Assembly (NCBI GenBank): GCA_973895155.1
Contig: OZ316898.1
Coordinates: 14,352,330 to 14,416,329 of the forward strand
Source of the DNA: Marsupella aquatica
Taxonomy: Eukaryota > Plantae > Marchantiophyta
Reading direction: 5' to 3'
Length of the DNA: 64,000 nucleotides
Shown here: in pieces, positions 12,530-26,350 of the stretch
Layout of the letters: the number at the start of each line of letters is the position of its first letter
Position numbering within the stretch: position 1 is the stretch's first letter
Position numbers and translations under genes: made by a program
Notes under the pieces: generated by a model
What the model was told of the DNA's origin: nothing
What the model saw: the letters and a program-made list of their open reading frames with translations, nothing else
Database searches by the model: none

Positions 12530-15500
12530 TTTTTGCCTTGCCTCCCAACCTACGCTCACAGTCTCTTCCTGGTCTCTTTTGAGTAATTTGCTCGGCATGC
12601 AATATTTTGTTATAACCATATATCTTACCCCGCATCCTGCCCACATCTTCCAGATCAATAGCACTCTTGGTATCACAACAGCATACTTATTGAGCAACCC
12701 TATCTTCCATGGTGACCAACTTACTTTTCCTAGCTCCATGTTTGTCCAGCTCCTGCTGCCGCTCATTCTCTCCCACTTAATTTTCATGACTCCTGCCTTA
12801 ATTAGTTCTCTTTCACCTACGTTTTCAAGTTTCTTCCCTGTCTGACCATGTAACGTGTCTCTCTCTGCTATCCACAACTCAAGCCTAGCTTCTTTTCATC
12901 ATCCCGCAATTTTTCCCTACCAGATTGTAAACACTTTAGCTTGTACTGACTCAATTAATGACAAGATTTGGGGTAACCATGGGCATTTAAGAAGTTGATA
13001 AATCAAGTATATCAAAGACGGCAAGCCACCAATGGTCACCCAAAGGCTTTGCAAAGCATAGCAAGCCTGGGACCAATAGCATGATTGGGTTTTTGGACTC
13101 TTCAATGTGTGGCTGGAAAAAGTGGGCAGTCCAAAAGAATGATGGTCTGCCATCAGTTAATTAGGCAATTCAATAGGTTAATGAGTCGTATTTGTCTAGA
13201 GAAGGAGATAATTCATGATTATGATTGAGGACATTTGCATGAGTAGCCAAAGCCAGATAACACTCTTTGCTCTTAAGTTTTTAAATATTTTTAAGAGGGC
13301 GTAAGGGGCCATATATTTACTCCCAGCCGGGCTCCCAGCCAGTGGCGGCAAAACCAGCAGCTGCACTCAAAGGCAATATTCAAGCAAGGCAAACCCTCCA
13401 AATTAACACCCGTAGCATTTTTTACAGAAACCTAGGGATGGGTCTGGCCAACTAGATTGACAGCTTGAGACCAGAGTGAGTCAGCATCGGCCATCTGGTG
13501 ATTATCCTATGAGCATTTTATTTGGTCTTTCTTACATAACAATGTAAAAGCTTGAACGGAAGGGAAGGATCACAGAGGGATGAAAAATTGGATCACTATA
13601 TTAGACTTTGTTAAAAGCACTAGAGAATGATTGAAAAATGACATGAGCCTGTTCAGGTGCATTGATGATCAAATCTTAACAAACTCATTAAAGTTGGAAT
13701 GGACACTTCGGTTTAACTTCGAAGTTCCACATCGATCGCTGCTTACCAGTTAGCTGGAATCAGGGGACGATAGAACCAACATACGTGTCTTTAGGGATGT
13801 GTTGCCCCGGCCAAGGTTATCAGCAGGTGATGGTAATGTGGAAAAGAACAAAAACAGCCAAAGCATGATTGATGATCTTAGCTGGTTCCCCACGTAATTT
13901 ACGCAGGACAATGACAAGCACTACAGCCCCTGGTAGGTAGCTCCAGTCGAACACGATCTGAATTTCTTATTGTAAGTTGTACAAATCACCACCGATTCCA
14001 GACATGGATGGTGCGTCCCGTCAGCATAAACTAATGCAATTTTATGCTAGTAATTGTCATCCGTGATGATGAGACATAGACCATGGTACAGGAAAGTAAA
14101 GAATATATGTCAACTGTATGACCTGCCTGCTGTATAGCTACTTGCCTACGTACGAGATTGGTTCCGTCTACGATCATGTTACCTCTGAGCAAGTGGGCGA
14201 GAGGGAGAGGGGCCGGATGCAAAGGCCACCAGGCAAGGATCGATCGAGCTGATGTCAAGCACATAAGGCCGGTCCCAAACGGAACAATTCACACTTAAAT
14301 ATCAGACCTGCATGAAATGCAAATGTCCAACCTTAGTTTACTGTCGTCACCGTGACTATTGTAGTTGTGGTTGTTATCAATCAACAGTAACGAGTACAAT
14401 ATACCTCATAAAGGTTTGATGAATGCTTTTGTGACATCATGTATTTTTCGGAATATATTTTTCGGAAATTCTTGCCCGGCATGTTGTCAACCTGACTATA
14501 AGGTGAACCAGCTGGAACAATGAGGTCCAATAGACACAACAATTAATTACAGCATAAGGTAGATGAAGAGAGATTTGCTGTAGCTTGAGAATGGTGCCAA
14601 GCCACAGTTGTACTAAAGCAACACGTAAAACTGCTTTGGATACGTACTTTTCAATCCATGTGATATGATAGTCACATACTTGGCTTTTCAACTTATGAAG
14701 CTGAGATGTTTCACTGGCTACTATAACAATTACCAATCAAATTATATGAACCACTCCAATATGCAAAACAGCCAAACCTTCAGCGCAGTTTTCAAATAGT
14801 AAACGGCCGCAATGAATCCTGGCCGTTGGCTTTATTAAACCTTCAATTCATGCCAATCCAATTAGCCAGAAACCCTACCTGCCCTTGGTCCTGTCTGTGG
14901 AGATTTTCTCCCTGCGCGCCTAGTGTACCTCCCCGCACTGCCACACTGTCCCAATCTGCATGCATGGGATGCATCTTCTCCCAGGGTGCGGGAGGCCCTA
15001 GCTCATCCTCCCTCCCTGGCTGATGCACCCGTGATGGCACTCACTCTGCCTCCATCGTGCAGGGAGGGGGGCCCCCTTGCCCTCCTTCCCTGCCCTCCCT
15101 TACAAGCATCAATTCACGCCCTCAATTTCCCTTGCAACATCACTTTTGCAACAATATTTATCTGCAACAATACCAGCAATGCACACACCGGGTACCAGGC
15201 CCGTGACCAAAGGGGTCAATCACAAAGGCTGAATTATTATATTACATGGCTACTAGGTGTGCTAAACCACAACTCAGGGCATAAGATGACCACCAGCCCT
15301 GCCTAAGCCATGCATAATCACCCTACCCGATCCAGACTGATGTTCCAGTGGGTTGCAGAGCCTACCATGGTCACCCATGGCTTGCAGAGCCTACTCGAGG
15401 TCTTGCAAGGCCCATTGCCTTTAACCTACCTGCAGGTCACTGCCTCCCTTCCCATAGTCAGCACCTCCCTTTCGAATCTGAGTAGCTTGCAGCCACAGCT

Positions 15501-15574
15501 GGAGCTTGAAGCAGCTCTTTGAAGTAGCTTTGCGCCTCCATCCCAATCCAAGTAGCTCGGAGTCCGGTGCTTGC

Positions 15575-15731
15575 CTCCTCAAACCTAGTGACTGTCTCTT
15601 GATGATTGTATTATTCTGTGGATGAAAACCATGTTTCAAACATGATTGACTCCTCCTCAAACCTCTTGGCTGTCTCTTGGTGCATGGTTGTATTATTCTG
15701 TGGATGAAAACCATGTTTCAAACATGATTGA
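15575..15731. repeat. Tandem duplication of about 80 bp
   Basis: TTGTATTATTCTGTGGATGAAAACCATGTTTCAAACATGATTGA present twice. Confidence 0.85.
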
Positions 15732-17715
15732 TCGCATTTTCCAAGTATTCTTGAAAAACCCAGAGTCATCTGGAATTGAGTCCAAGAGAGTGTTGCATCA
15801 TGGATTTAAAGGATCCCTTTGTCTTCAACAACTTGTCTTGCAACTTCTTGTTTGCGGTTCCCTTGACTTTGAGGCCAAATTGATTGATTAGAGAGTGATG
15901 CCAAGCTAGGTGAACTCACATCTGATAAAACTTGATGCTTTCACCCTACTTTTTGTATTCTGTGATCTTTGTATATGCTCGTGTATATGAAATCTGACCA
16001 CTCGGCATACAAGCACCATAATATTTGTTTAGGGTGTAGGGTTTGTAATTAGCAGATAAATAAAGGATTCCGCATTGATTACATTCTTGAAGGTCCTATG
16101 TACCCAAACTTCCATAGCTCGCCAATGCAAAAACTAATACATGGCTAAGTCATAGGATTTTGGCAACTCTGCAATAATAGAGTGAAGTTGAACACAATTA
16201 ATGCCCTCAATAGGTTATTAATTTAATTTTATGTTATTGTACAATATCCGGAAGTTAGAAGCTCCATTTTGAGCCCCAGCCCTATCAGGTCCCAATTGGT
16301 AGTTTTGACAGCATACTGTAACTCTGGGCACAATAGAAATGATGTAGGCATAACACTTAGCTAAAATTTATGAAATAAATAGCTCTTCCTTTTTTGTCTT
16401 TTTATTCCTCCCCTTAAAATACCCTTAAACCTCCATCCTACCCACCCTAAAAGGTTGAAATTAATTAACTAATTAATGCAGAGAATACAATTTCTCAACT
16501 ATTTTTAAAAAAAATTACCCTTTTTTTCCCTCCCCTTAAGGTAACCTTTTAAAATACTCCATCCCGTCCAAAGAATACAATTAAATGTCTATTTTTTTGT
16601 CTTTTTATTCCTCCCCTCATTTAAGATACCCTTAATCCTCTATAGCCCACCCTCAAACAAAGAAAATAATCTACAAGCAAGCATCTATGTGTTCCATATA
16701 TGTCCATCCTTTCTCCTATTAAAAGAGATCATCCATGTGTTCCATGTCCATCCTTTCTCCTAAACAAATATACAGGATGAAGAAGAAATAGAAACACAAA
16801 AAGTCCTCTCCCTTTTGTTCTTCCCCTCTTACTTAGCCCCTTCACAAGAGTAGTCCTTCTTAGAGGTGAAGAATAAAATTTGCTAATTTCTTAACAATTA
16901 TCCCTCCCCTCCTTTTTGATTCCTCCCTTCTTATCTAATTAGCCCCTTCAAAAGAGTTGTCCCTCTTTCAGGTGACCCATTTCACCCAAAGGAAAAGACA
17001 TAAAAAAGAATGAAATTAAAACAAGGATAAAACAAAGACATAGAATGCTCACACACAAAAAGGTCCCTTAAAACGAGTCACCCTCTTATTCAGACCCTTG
17101 GAAAGAGTCTTTCAAGGTGATTCATTTCACCCAAAGGAAAATGGAAAACAAAAAATTGGGCAAAAAACAGAAAACAAAGACATTGAAAGTTGGAGAGAAT
17201 AAAGACTGATCTTGGGGGCAGCATGTGTCAGTCCTGGGGGCATGTGTCATTCAGTACTGTACACTATCATCAATGGATGTAGTGTTGCAAATCCCCCTTC
17301 TTTAGTACTATATACTTCAGATATTTACCTAAAACGAACTAACAGTGTTGGAGAGGGTATATTGTATTTTGAAAAATAGTAGGAGCAGAATCTTATGCGC
17401 AAAAAGAAAAAAAATTGACTCATTTTAGGGCCCTGCTACAAAGCTGAACTAAAAGTTGAGCCAAAACCTGTCACATTCACCAGTAGGAAGTCATATTTAT
17501 CTTACCTTATGTGGGACTTTTACCTAGCTTGATAAAAACCCAGTTAAAATGACAATATATTTCCACAACCACAACATGACGGTAGTGACCACCCAGCCAC
17601 AATAACAAGAGTGGATGGAATGATACACAAGACAAAACTGTCACGTCCTCTTGTAGGAAATCAAATTTATCCTACTTCATGTAGAGCTTTTACCTTTGAT
17701 GTTGGTGTTATCAAC

Positions 17716-17958
17716 CTGGGGGGGTCACTTCCATGGAAGTGGCATATCATGTGCGACGAAGTATAGGGCCATTTAAATGGTTTTGGCGGAAGACTTATTA
17801 AGTCTTCTATGGAAATATAGGGTTGTTCAATTGCAAAATGCATACGTGTCATCACATGATTGGTGTCGTACAACTTTCTAGAAAGTGACTTAGGGGGGTC
17901 ATAAATGACCCAAACCGTCGCACGTGATGTATGATCCTTCATATAGTGACCCCCCGAG
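17716..17958. mobile_element. MITE copy 4 (243 bp), 8-bp TSD TTATCAAC
   Basis: Left end CTGGGGGGGTCACTTCC; right end TAGTGACCCCCCGAG; TTATCAAC at 17708-17715 and 17959-17966. The first ~90 bp are homologous to copy 1; the interior diverges. Confidence 0.9.
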
Positions 17959-20900
17959 TTATCAACTAGATAGAGGAATTGTATTCCAACCTGGTGATAA
18001 GCAGGGTTTGCCATCTCTCCTGTGTTCATATGATTGGGAGTTTGTAGACTTACCTAAACCCATAAATCTTTAACCAGAGCATCAATTTTGGGCTAACAAA
18101 CAATGTCAATGAGTTCTAAATGGGTAATGATACTACGGGACATGGATGCATGCACTCTGTTTGCAAAATGAAACTGCACCGCAAAAGAAATCAAAATCTA
18201 GACTTAGAGAAATATAATTATTATCATTAGTTTTGTCTCACCAGAATATTTCTTACTTCTTAAAATCCTACATTTCCAGTGGTGAATATTTCATACCATT
18301 TAATGTGGGAATGTGTTTTGCCCCACTTTAATGTTAGCATGCTAGGGAAAGGGTCCCTAAGTGGGTGTTTTACCAACACGAGAGTGTCTCCATTTTTACT
18401 TGTGAATATAACTGTGCAATATAGAATGTTCATCCTGGAATATGCTTTACTTTAATTTTATCTGATAGTGATGTGTAAGTGGATAGAATTAGAGAGTAAA
18501 ACTAGCTAGAATACATATTAAATGTAAATGGGATAAAACAATATAAGTAAAGTACATGCAAATAAAAGTACATGCAAATAAAAGCACATAGTGACCAATG
18601 AAAAGTACAATTAAATTTTATGACACAAAGATGCTACGAGTTGTGCACTTACTTCAATGTGCCTTATTAATGACACTCATTTCGATAAAAACCATAAACT
18701 TAGGAAAGAAAGCCATAAGGGGAACTTAAGACAGGATGTGTTGACGTTACTTAGAATTATTCCTCTCACTCATGAGAATACCTAAATGTGGTAGAAAATA
18801 AAGCCCTTGGTTTCTCTCTAGGAGATAACAAAAGTTCAAGATTAAGGGGGCTGCCCAGATAATTCAAAATACTATAGGATACCAGATTTTAAAGTGGTCC
18901 AAAAATTAATTAAAAGTCTCTATGATACAAAAGAAGCCCCTTGTTAGGGTACATTCAAATAAAAATACATGACACAAAAATATGAAGACAAAACATGAAA
19001 GTTGGATTCACCATATAGCAGCTTCATAAACTAGTCAATTCTCCATTTTTACTTGTGAATATAACTGTGCAATTATGCATCAGATATTGGGCTTAAAAGT
19101 TCACCTTGTCTCCACGGCCTTTCAATTTGTGTCCCAATGACTTCCTTGCTTTGAAGAGACAACGTTGCATCAGTGATATATAGGATGCCTCAACAATTTA
19201 GTAAGATGTCTCCAGAGTCCAATACTTTGCTCACCTGTGCATCTTAATTGGATCATATTGTCATTTTCTTTGCAAAGCAGACCCATTGGGCTCGTCTCAT
19301 CATAGGTTGTGCGCTATGATGAGAAGTAATCACAAACTAACATTGATGAATTACTAGCTTGAATGATTAATAGAGTGGCTCCTTAGCAGACTTTCTGACC
19401 TTAATCTCAAGCCACTTCTGATCGAACTTTGTCATAGGGCTTGGGGACAGATGCAGCTGTAACGAGAGCTGTGCTCCCAGAGACTAGTGTTAACTTCGAT
19501 TATTTGGCGGTGATACATACATTTTGAGGAAAGAGTCTTCTCAGTTCTAGAGACTGTTATCTCCTAGCTCGTCCCGGTTTGGACCCATGATGCAGGCTGG
19601 TGCAGAGTCACATTTTTTCTAGGGCTCAAATGAAATCTTAAATCCAGTGTATTCAACTCCAGTGCATGTGTCACCCTTCTTCTTGAATGCCCTCTTTTCT
19701 CTCTTCCCTCTCTCTTCTCTGGGACTTTAAGTTCATGTGAGAGCAGTGGTCCAGGTAGCGTTCGAAGTATTTCTCCCGTCGAGATCAATTTTCATTTCGT
19801 GAGATCGATATGCTTTCCAAAGGCATTCCTCCCTTTGATCCATTTTTGCCTCCATCTAGGACCGGACGAGAGCTGTTTGACCTAAGTTTCGATCACCCTC
19901 ACCCTAGATAGCTTCATCTAGATGTCTCTGTGTCCTGATGTAGCTTAGGGTTACCAATTTGCTCCCTTAACGGAAGGCAGAACCAAGCTTGCAACTAAGC
20001 AACATTTTATGTGCCTAAAAATCCTGAGTCTCTTTGCTTTGCAAAACGTACAGCAACTCTCTTCTGCAAGAACAACCATATATAGACTCAAGAATTGTCA
20101 GTTCTTGGCTTGCCTCTGCAATGCTTTCAGAGACTCGATCATGGAGCTCACCGTACGTTGCCACCACCACCCAGCGGAGCGCGGTTGCTTGGCAGCGTCC
20201 GCTTGCCTCCAAGTCTCCTCGAGAAAGTTGTAGACAGTTCGAAATCTTCCCGTTCTCATTAAACTCATCAGACACTGGAAAATCTCTCTGGCAACGAATC
20301 AGCTCGGGGGAAATCTTGCCTACCTGCAAACATGTCTCGGGGTATTTGTGATCGATGTCCTACAATTTCGAGGTGGCTTTACGAGGTGGTTTTGTACGAT
20401 CTGAAAATCGATGGAAACAGGTTATTTGTATAGACAGTATTGAATGACTATTCTTTCTGATCAGGTTAATTAATTTATTTCAAATTCTCAAATATTCTTT
20501 GGTCTCAAATGTTCTAGCTAGGGTTACAATTTGATATATACTGGTTCCTAGCTAGAGGTCCAACTATGGAATATATAGTCCAATATATTAAACTAGCTTG
20601 ACTATTGATTTTTCTGGTGAAGATGCTGCCAGTTCTATAAAGTTGAAATCTCTCGAACCATTCAGTCACTTGTTTTGTGGGGAGGGTGACAAATTTGTCC
20701 TATGATAGTTTATGTGAGGTAAGCTCTAGCTATTGGTTCATAGACTTTGTTGTTCTGTTAATTAAACGTTGTCTGCACCTAGAGTTTTTAGGATATTGAG
20801 AACTAACACAATTGGAATGACTTAACTCGATCATTGCTTTGCATCCATCTCTGAGCCTGTTTTGGCAAGAATGGACAGCATTCTGACATATAGGGCTGGG

Positions 20901-23900
20901 GCCATGGGTTTAAGAACGAGACTTTGAGAGGTCCTGTCAATTCTACGAAAGTAGTCTTAAGGTGAGCTTACGGAGGTAAAGATAGCCAATTTTGTGTGCA
21001 CTGTGATCCAAATACTAAAGGGCGTTATCGACTAAGGCTTCTTGAACTGCCATTTTTAAAAGTTTTTTCTAATGAATGCATCCGAATATCATGATTTCGA
21101 TCAATTTGTAATTTACCAGTAGCAGCTACCATGATGGTAATTATAACCAATGGGGTGCCGGGAAGGTGTGTTCTGACAAGACTGGGCGTACAGCTCGCCA
21201 ATATTTGGAGAATAGAGTGCAGTCCCCCAATAACCTGCAGCTAGATTTGCCAATACGCAAAAATGTTTACTATGGTATCATTTTTTACATTTCATTGTGA
21301 GTCGCCCCAACGAACAAGCAGACATATTACCACTAATTCCAATGCTCCGCATTCCACTACCATACGTGGGATAGAGAGTGTGATGGCTCACAAACGGACA
21401 TCACTACAGATATATCTCGTCAGTAACGCCTCGTAGCTTCGTTCTGCAGCCTCAGTGCCAACCAATTCCGATTCCTTCAAGACAATCATTACCACCACAG
21501 ATAAGGCAAAGCCTACTTTGGCTGGAATTCGGAACAGAAAGGTAAGTCCTGTTGGAGACCAGAACTTTGCTATAGCGCGTTTTGAATTGTAGTACAGACA
21601 TCAGGATATATATAGATCAAGCACATTTAATTGTCTTACCAAATTTGTTGAAACTAAGACATCACTGATGATTATGCTCTTGCAATTAATGCAGAAAACC
21701 CACTAAGGCGTTGCCAAAGGAGCATGCCACCAGCCAAAGAATTTATTACTTTAGTGATAAAGCTAGTGGAGGCGAGTACAGCTACAAGCTTCTTTGACTA
21801 TCAAAACAGTTCTCCAAATAGCCTATGTTCTGACTTCTTCTGATAAAATCACTGCCTGATTGTCAGAGTATAGTTATCATGCCACAATTTAGTTTTAATT
21901 TTGGATCCTGAAGCAACTATCTTCAGCAAGTATAAAATATTGTACTCGTGGCTTCTAACGTCGTTCTAAACTGACGACTACTGTGTGTACTTTGGCTTTG
22001 CAGTGATTGCACCATCATTGACAAAGATAAGCAAGAACGAAATTCACACGGGTACAGGACGAAGCTAGGAAACTTTAGGGTAACCTGATCGCTCGCCTGA
22101 TCGTGAGATGATAGGATGCTGGGATGCCCTTTCGAGTCCAATAGCAGTTAGTTGATGGATGTTTTCCAACTTAAAATTCTTAAGCCCTTGTGTAAGCTAC
22201 CGTCTAGTACGGATCCTGCATACCTTGTCATTGAGGGGCCATCGTTCCTCTGTGGCATCACGTCTAGCGACAAAAGCTAGCCGTTTAGACTGGAACACAA
22301 CCGAAACAACATCAGTGAGAAAAAACCAGGGATAAAGCAGGCTTGAAGGGCTAGCATTACCACATAGGAGGGTCCTATGTTCAATTGGTAGCTGGTCCAT
22401 GTTGTTGAAAGTTTCAACTTCGCAGAGATATACAGCTCCTTTGGAAGAAGGGGGGAAGAAGCTCTACTCTCATAATATCGCATATGTGTCCCTTGTGGAC
22501 TCCCAACCAAAACATGATCCAGCGCTTACGCCTGTCAATCATGCTCAAATGATAGGAGAAATGCATGCAGCCTGTGCAGTTCACAAAGTTTGATAGATTT
22601 CTATGTGAGTAACAACATTTTGCTTGAGGCGATACCCAGGGTTAATAAACCTTCTCACCCTGCAAGATGCCTAAGGTCCTAGATAAAGGCTCACGGCCAC
22701 AATGCAGCCCTCGCAGAATTTGCATGTAGATCGAGTTGGAGGGAGGACCACGATTTGTCAGAGCTTACTGTAGGCTCCCAGGATTCCGCCCTTGTTCAGA
22801 ACGGTGCTCTAACTGGTATATATGTCTTGAAACCTCTAAAATTTTATGGCTGGCGAGGAGAGGAGAGTTTTTTCTGCGGGAGATGGAGTGCCTACAGTTT
22901 GTCTTTCGTCACACGGCTTCACAAACGGCATTGCACACCATGTAATTTATGCACTTCTTCATATGTGCATCGTTGCACTATCCAAATTAAGTGCATGGAA
23001 AATTGCTTATGCACTTTCTCATATGCCTAGTCAGGTTAGGTCACACGCATCGACTACTCATACCTCAAGCCCACATACTGCACAATACAATTGGATATTA
23101 AGTGTATCAAACTATTTTATCTATGTAATTGTCTGCAACACTAGCAATAAATGTTTCTTATATATATGTCAGTTGCGGTACTGATATATAAGTGTATGTG
23201 TACACTTAGAGACAAAAATTAATGCACTTAAGTATTTGTCTTTTAGTGCTGATACTTGACCTTTAGTGAGAGTTGGTCTGCACTTATGCAAACTGCATTT
23301 TTTGTTGCAATTATTACAAACTAATTAAATTGTTTTAATAGATGAGGGGACCACACGGCAGGCCTGCACTAATCATGGTAGAATATACTTTGTGTTTCTA
23401 TGAGTCCAATGACAGATTTGTCTTCCCAAGTAAACACTCCAAGCTTATTTACAAAATGGCCAAACAAAACAGTTCCAATGAAAGCAGACTCACACCAATT
23501 CAAAAAAAGAGTGGAAAGGTAACATCAAAAATTTAGCAAGAGTAAACTGAAGAAGAAAAATTGGGGAAAATGTCCAACACTGCCATAGTTTGAAAAGCTA
23601 ATATAATGGTCACTGACATAGATGCAATAGTGTGATAGCTAATTCGACCTACTGCACTCCAAATTCACGGTGATGAGGGTGGAATTGAGCACGGATACAG
23701 AAGGAATGGATTTCATGGATTGAGGGAATTCTTTGGAGCCAAAGGGCTCAAGTCATTTTCAGGCTCTGAGTTAAATGCTGCTGTGAGCATCTTAGTATGG
23801 CTTGAGCTAGCTATGCCCAGACCAAGCTGCCTCGGTTGATGACAGGTTTTGCACAGTTTCTTTTGGCTATGGGCCGCATGCTAGATTGTCAGCCTGGTCT

Positions 23901-24206
23901 ATAAACCCTGATAGTGGGCAAATGGAAATGCAGTACTTGTAGCAACACCTGGAACACCTCACAAGCCCTCAGGCACAAGCCTGACCACAACCATGTTGGA
24001 ACTATGACCTTAAATCACTTAAACCACAGCTACCTGGATAAAGGCTCATTTGCTCACTATGAATGGACTTGGGTTTCATTTTTTAAAGTGAGTACACTTT
24101 TCACCAGGGGGTTGGAATGAGCGGTACGTGGCCGGGCAGGAATGGGCCTTTTCATACTGGAAAGTGTCAATGGTTCAAAGGCCGGGGAAATTATTGTTAT
24201 TACTAA

Positions 24207-25544
24207 CTAGCTCAATACCCGTGAGTTGCACAAAAAATGTGGTGAAGAAAAAAGATTTTGTGTCGCCAAAGATGTCATTGCAATAAATATGTTGTGGCGC
24301 CCAAGATGTCGTTAAGAAAAGAGATGTTGTGGCGCCCAAGATGTTGTGTCGCCCAAGATTTTGCTAAGAAAAAAAGTGTCATGGCGCCAAAGGTGCGGTT
24401 AAGTGAAAAGAATGATGTTGTGTTTCCCAAGATGTTATTTGAAAGATGTCGTTAAGAAAAAAGAAATCATTTCGCTAAAGATGTTGTGTCGCCCAAGATG
24501 TCCTCAAGTGAAACGTTGTCCTCAAGTAAATAGATGTCGTATTGCCAATGATGTTGTTATACCAAACATGTTGTTAAGTAAAAAATGGTCAATACATAAA
24601 GTGTCGTTAGTCAATTGAAAGATGTTGACTCAGAAGTAATAGATGTTGTTAAGTACATCTTGGGCCCGATACATGCATGTTGCACCAAAGATATTGAGGT
24701 GACTGAGAAAAGATGCCGAGGAGAGAGAAGATGTCAAGGGTGATATATAGAAAGATGTCGCACGTGATGAGATAAAGATGACAAGGTGAGAAAAAGATAA
24801 GAGATATGTTGAGGTGAGAAAAGATCTTGAAGTGAAAAAAAGATCTCAAGGTGAAGAAAAGATGTCAGGATGAGAAAAAGATCTTGAAATGAGAAAAAAA
24901 ATGTCATAGTGAAGTAAAGATACCAACATGGAAAATAGATAACAAAATGAGAAAAAGATGTCAAGGCTGGGGTCAAAGCAAGGAAAAAATGTTGAGGAGA
25001 GATATATGTGTAACTTAGATTAGAAAAATATGTGAAAGTGAGAAAATATGTCAAGGCAAGACAAAATTAATAATAATAAACTTTGTGATGTAGTTGTTAA
25101 AGGCATGTTACATGTGATCCTGGCCATACAATAGTTGCGGTTGTGTTATTTAATCCATGCGTTGCATATAGAAAATAATTTGAGACGCAAAATAACGGCC
25201 ACCGCATCATAAAGTCCAAGCATAATTGAGTGGCAGAGAAACATGTGTTTTTTTTTGTTTTTAGAGAAAGAAATATTTGTTTTATTTTTACATTTAAAAT
25301 TGTTTCAAATTTTCCAAGTTTTTAGAATTAGTTATATATTAATATATTTTAATTGGTTTTTAATTAGCTTTCTCATTGTGGCAGGTATGGGAAGGCTAAA
25401 GGGCAGCTTTTAGAAGGGTGTATGGATAGATTTGATGGTCTGGAAAAATTAATGTTTTCATGAATGGTCAAGATTGATTCTCACTTTCTTTTGTTCCTAA
25501 AAGTATTTATAGGTTTGTAAAGGGACACTATACTTATTATATGA
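24207..25544 (-). mobile_element. Non-autonomous Helitron with internal degenerate minisatellite arrays
   Basis: Minus-strand 3' end GTGCAACTCACGGGTATTGAGCTAG followed by T (hairpin plus CTAG terminus). Putative 5' end TCATATAATAAGTATAG near 25544 is less certain. Interior is AAGATGT(T/C)G and GAGAAAAGATGTCAAGGT-like repeats. Confidence 0.72.
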
Positions 25545-26199
25545 ACTTAAGCTAGCATCCGTCCTATCGATTATTTCCTGAATAACAGTTTGATATTGAT
25601 TTCTCGCTTCTGGGACTTTGCCCAGTCGTGACAAAAACCTATAGAGCAAAGTTCCCTATCTGCCAACAAACACTCCAATCCCAGAATCGGCAAGAATTTT
25701 ACATATTTACATTCCTTTTACAACTCACGGACAAGTCTCTTAGAATGCACGTCACATGACAAGCAATGGATTTCTTTCCCTTTGCGACAACGGACAAGTA
25801 TTCTCTGTGTATAGTAAACTTAAATCACGTGTCTACCTTTTCCAAAATGGACAATTTTATAACCAATTGTAAAACAGAGTAGAGATCTGGACAAACCACT
25901 TGTCTACATGTTCAAAAAAGACAATTTCACAACTCACTGTCCAGCAGAAAAAGAAAAGACATCTTCGTAGCCTACTGCAAACGTGGTCCAGAAATCCATA
26001 ACCAATTGGCTCCACTTTAACGAATTCCATTACCCACTGCCTCCACTCTCAAAATGTTCCCGAGTACAACGGCTACCAGAAATAGAAAGCCAAAAAATAC
26101 AAAGCAAGAATCTAAACAGTCTCCACTCCCCACAATGTTAGCACGCGTAACTTGCAGCCTACACAAAACAACAATCTAGTTAATGGTTTAGTGTCGGTC

Positions 26200-26350
26200 G
26201 ACTCCTTTCACACCATTCATGACACTACTCAAGGCCATAGTCTTCTTGACACTCAAAAATCAAGTCTGGGAATGGATGACTCCTTTCACACCATTCATGA
26301 CACTACTCAAGGCCATAGTCTTCTTGACACTCGAAAATCAAGTCTGGGAA
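26200..26350. repeat. Near-perfect tandem duplication, period 78 bp
   Basis: GACTCCTTTCACACCATTCATGAC...AAGTCTGGGAA at 26200 and 26278, one mismatch. Confidence 0.95.

Noticed and set aside
9240-14500. Scattered minus-strand exon-like pieces
   Set aside because: Multiple stops and no consistent frame or recognisable family.
16300-17320. Second Helitron-like AT-rich repetitive block
   Set aside because: The putative 5' end is plausible but no convincing hairpin plus CTAG 3' end was found.
17667-18029. 120-aa minus-strand ORF
   Set aside because: It runs through MITE copy 4 and both TSDs; a chance ORF.
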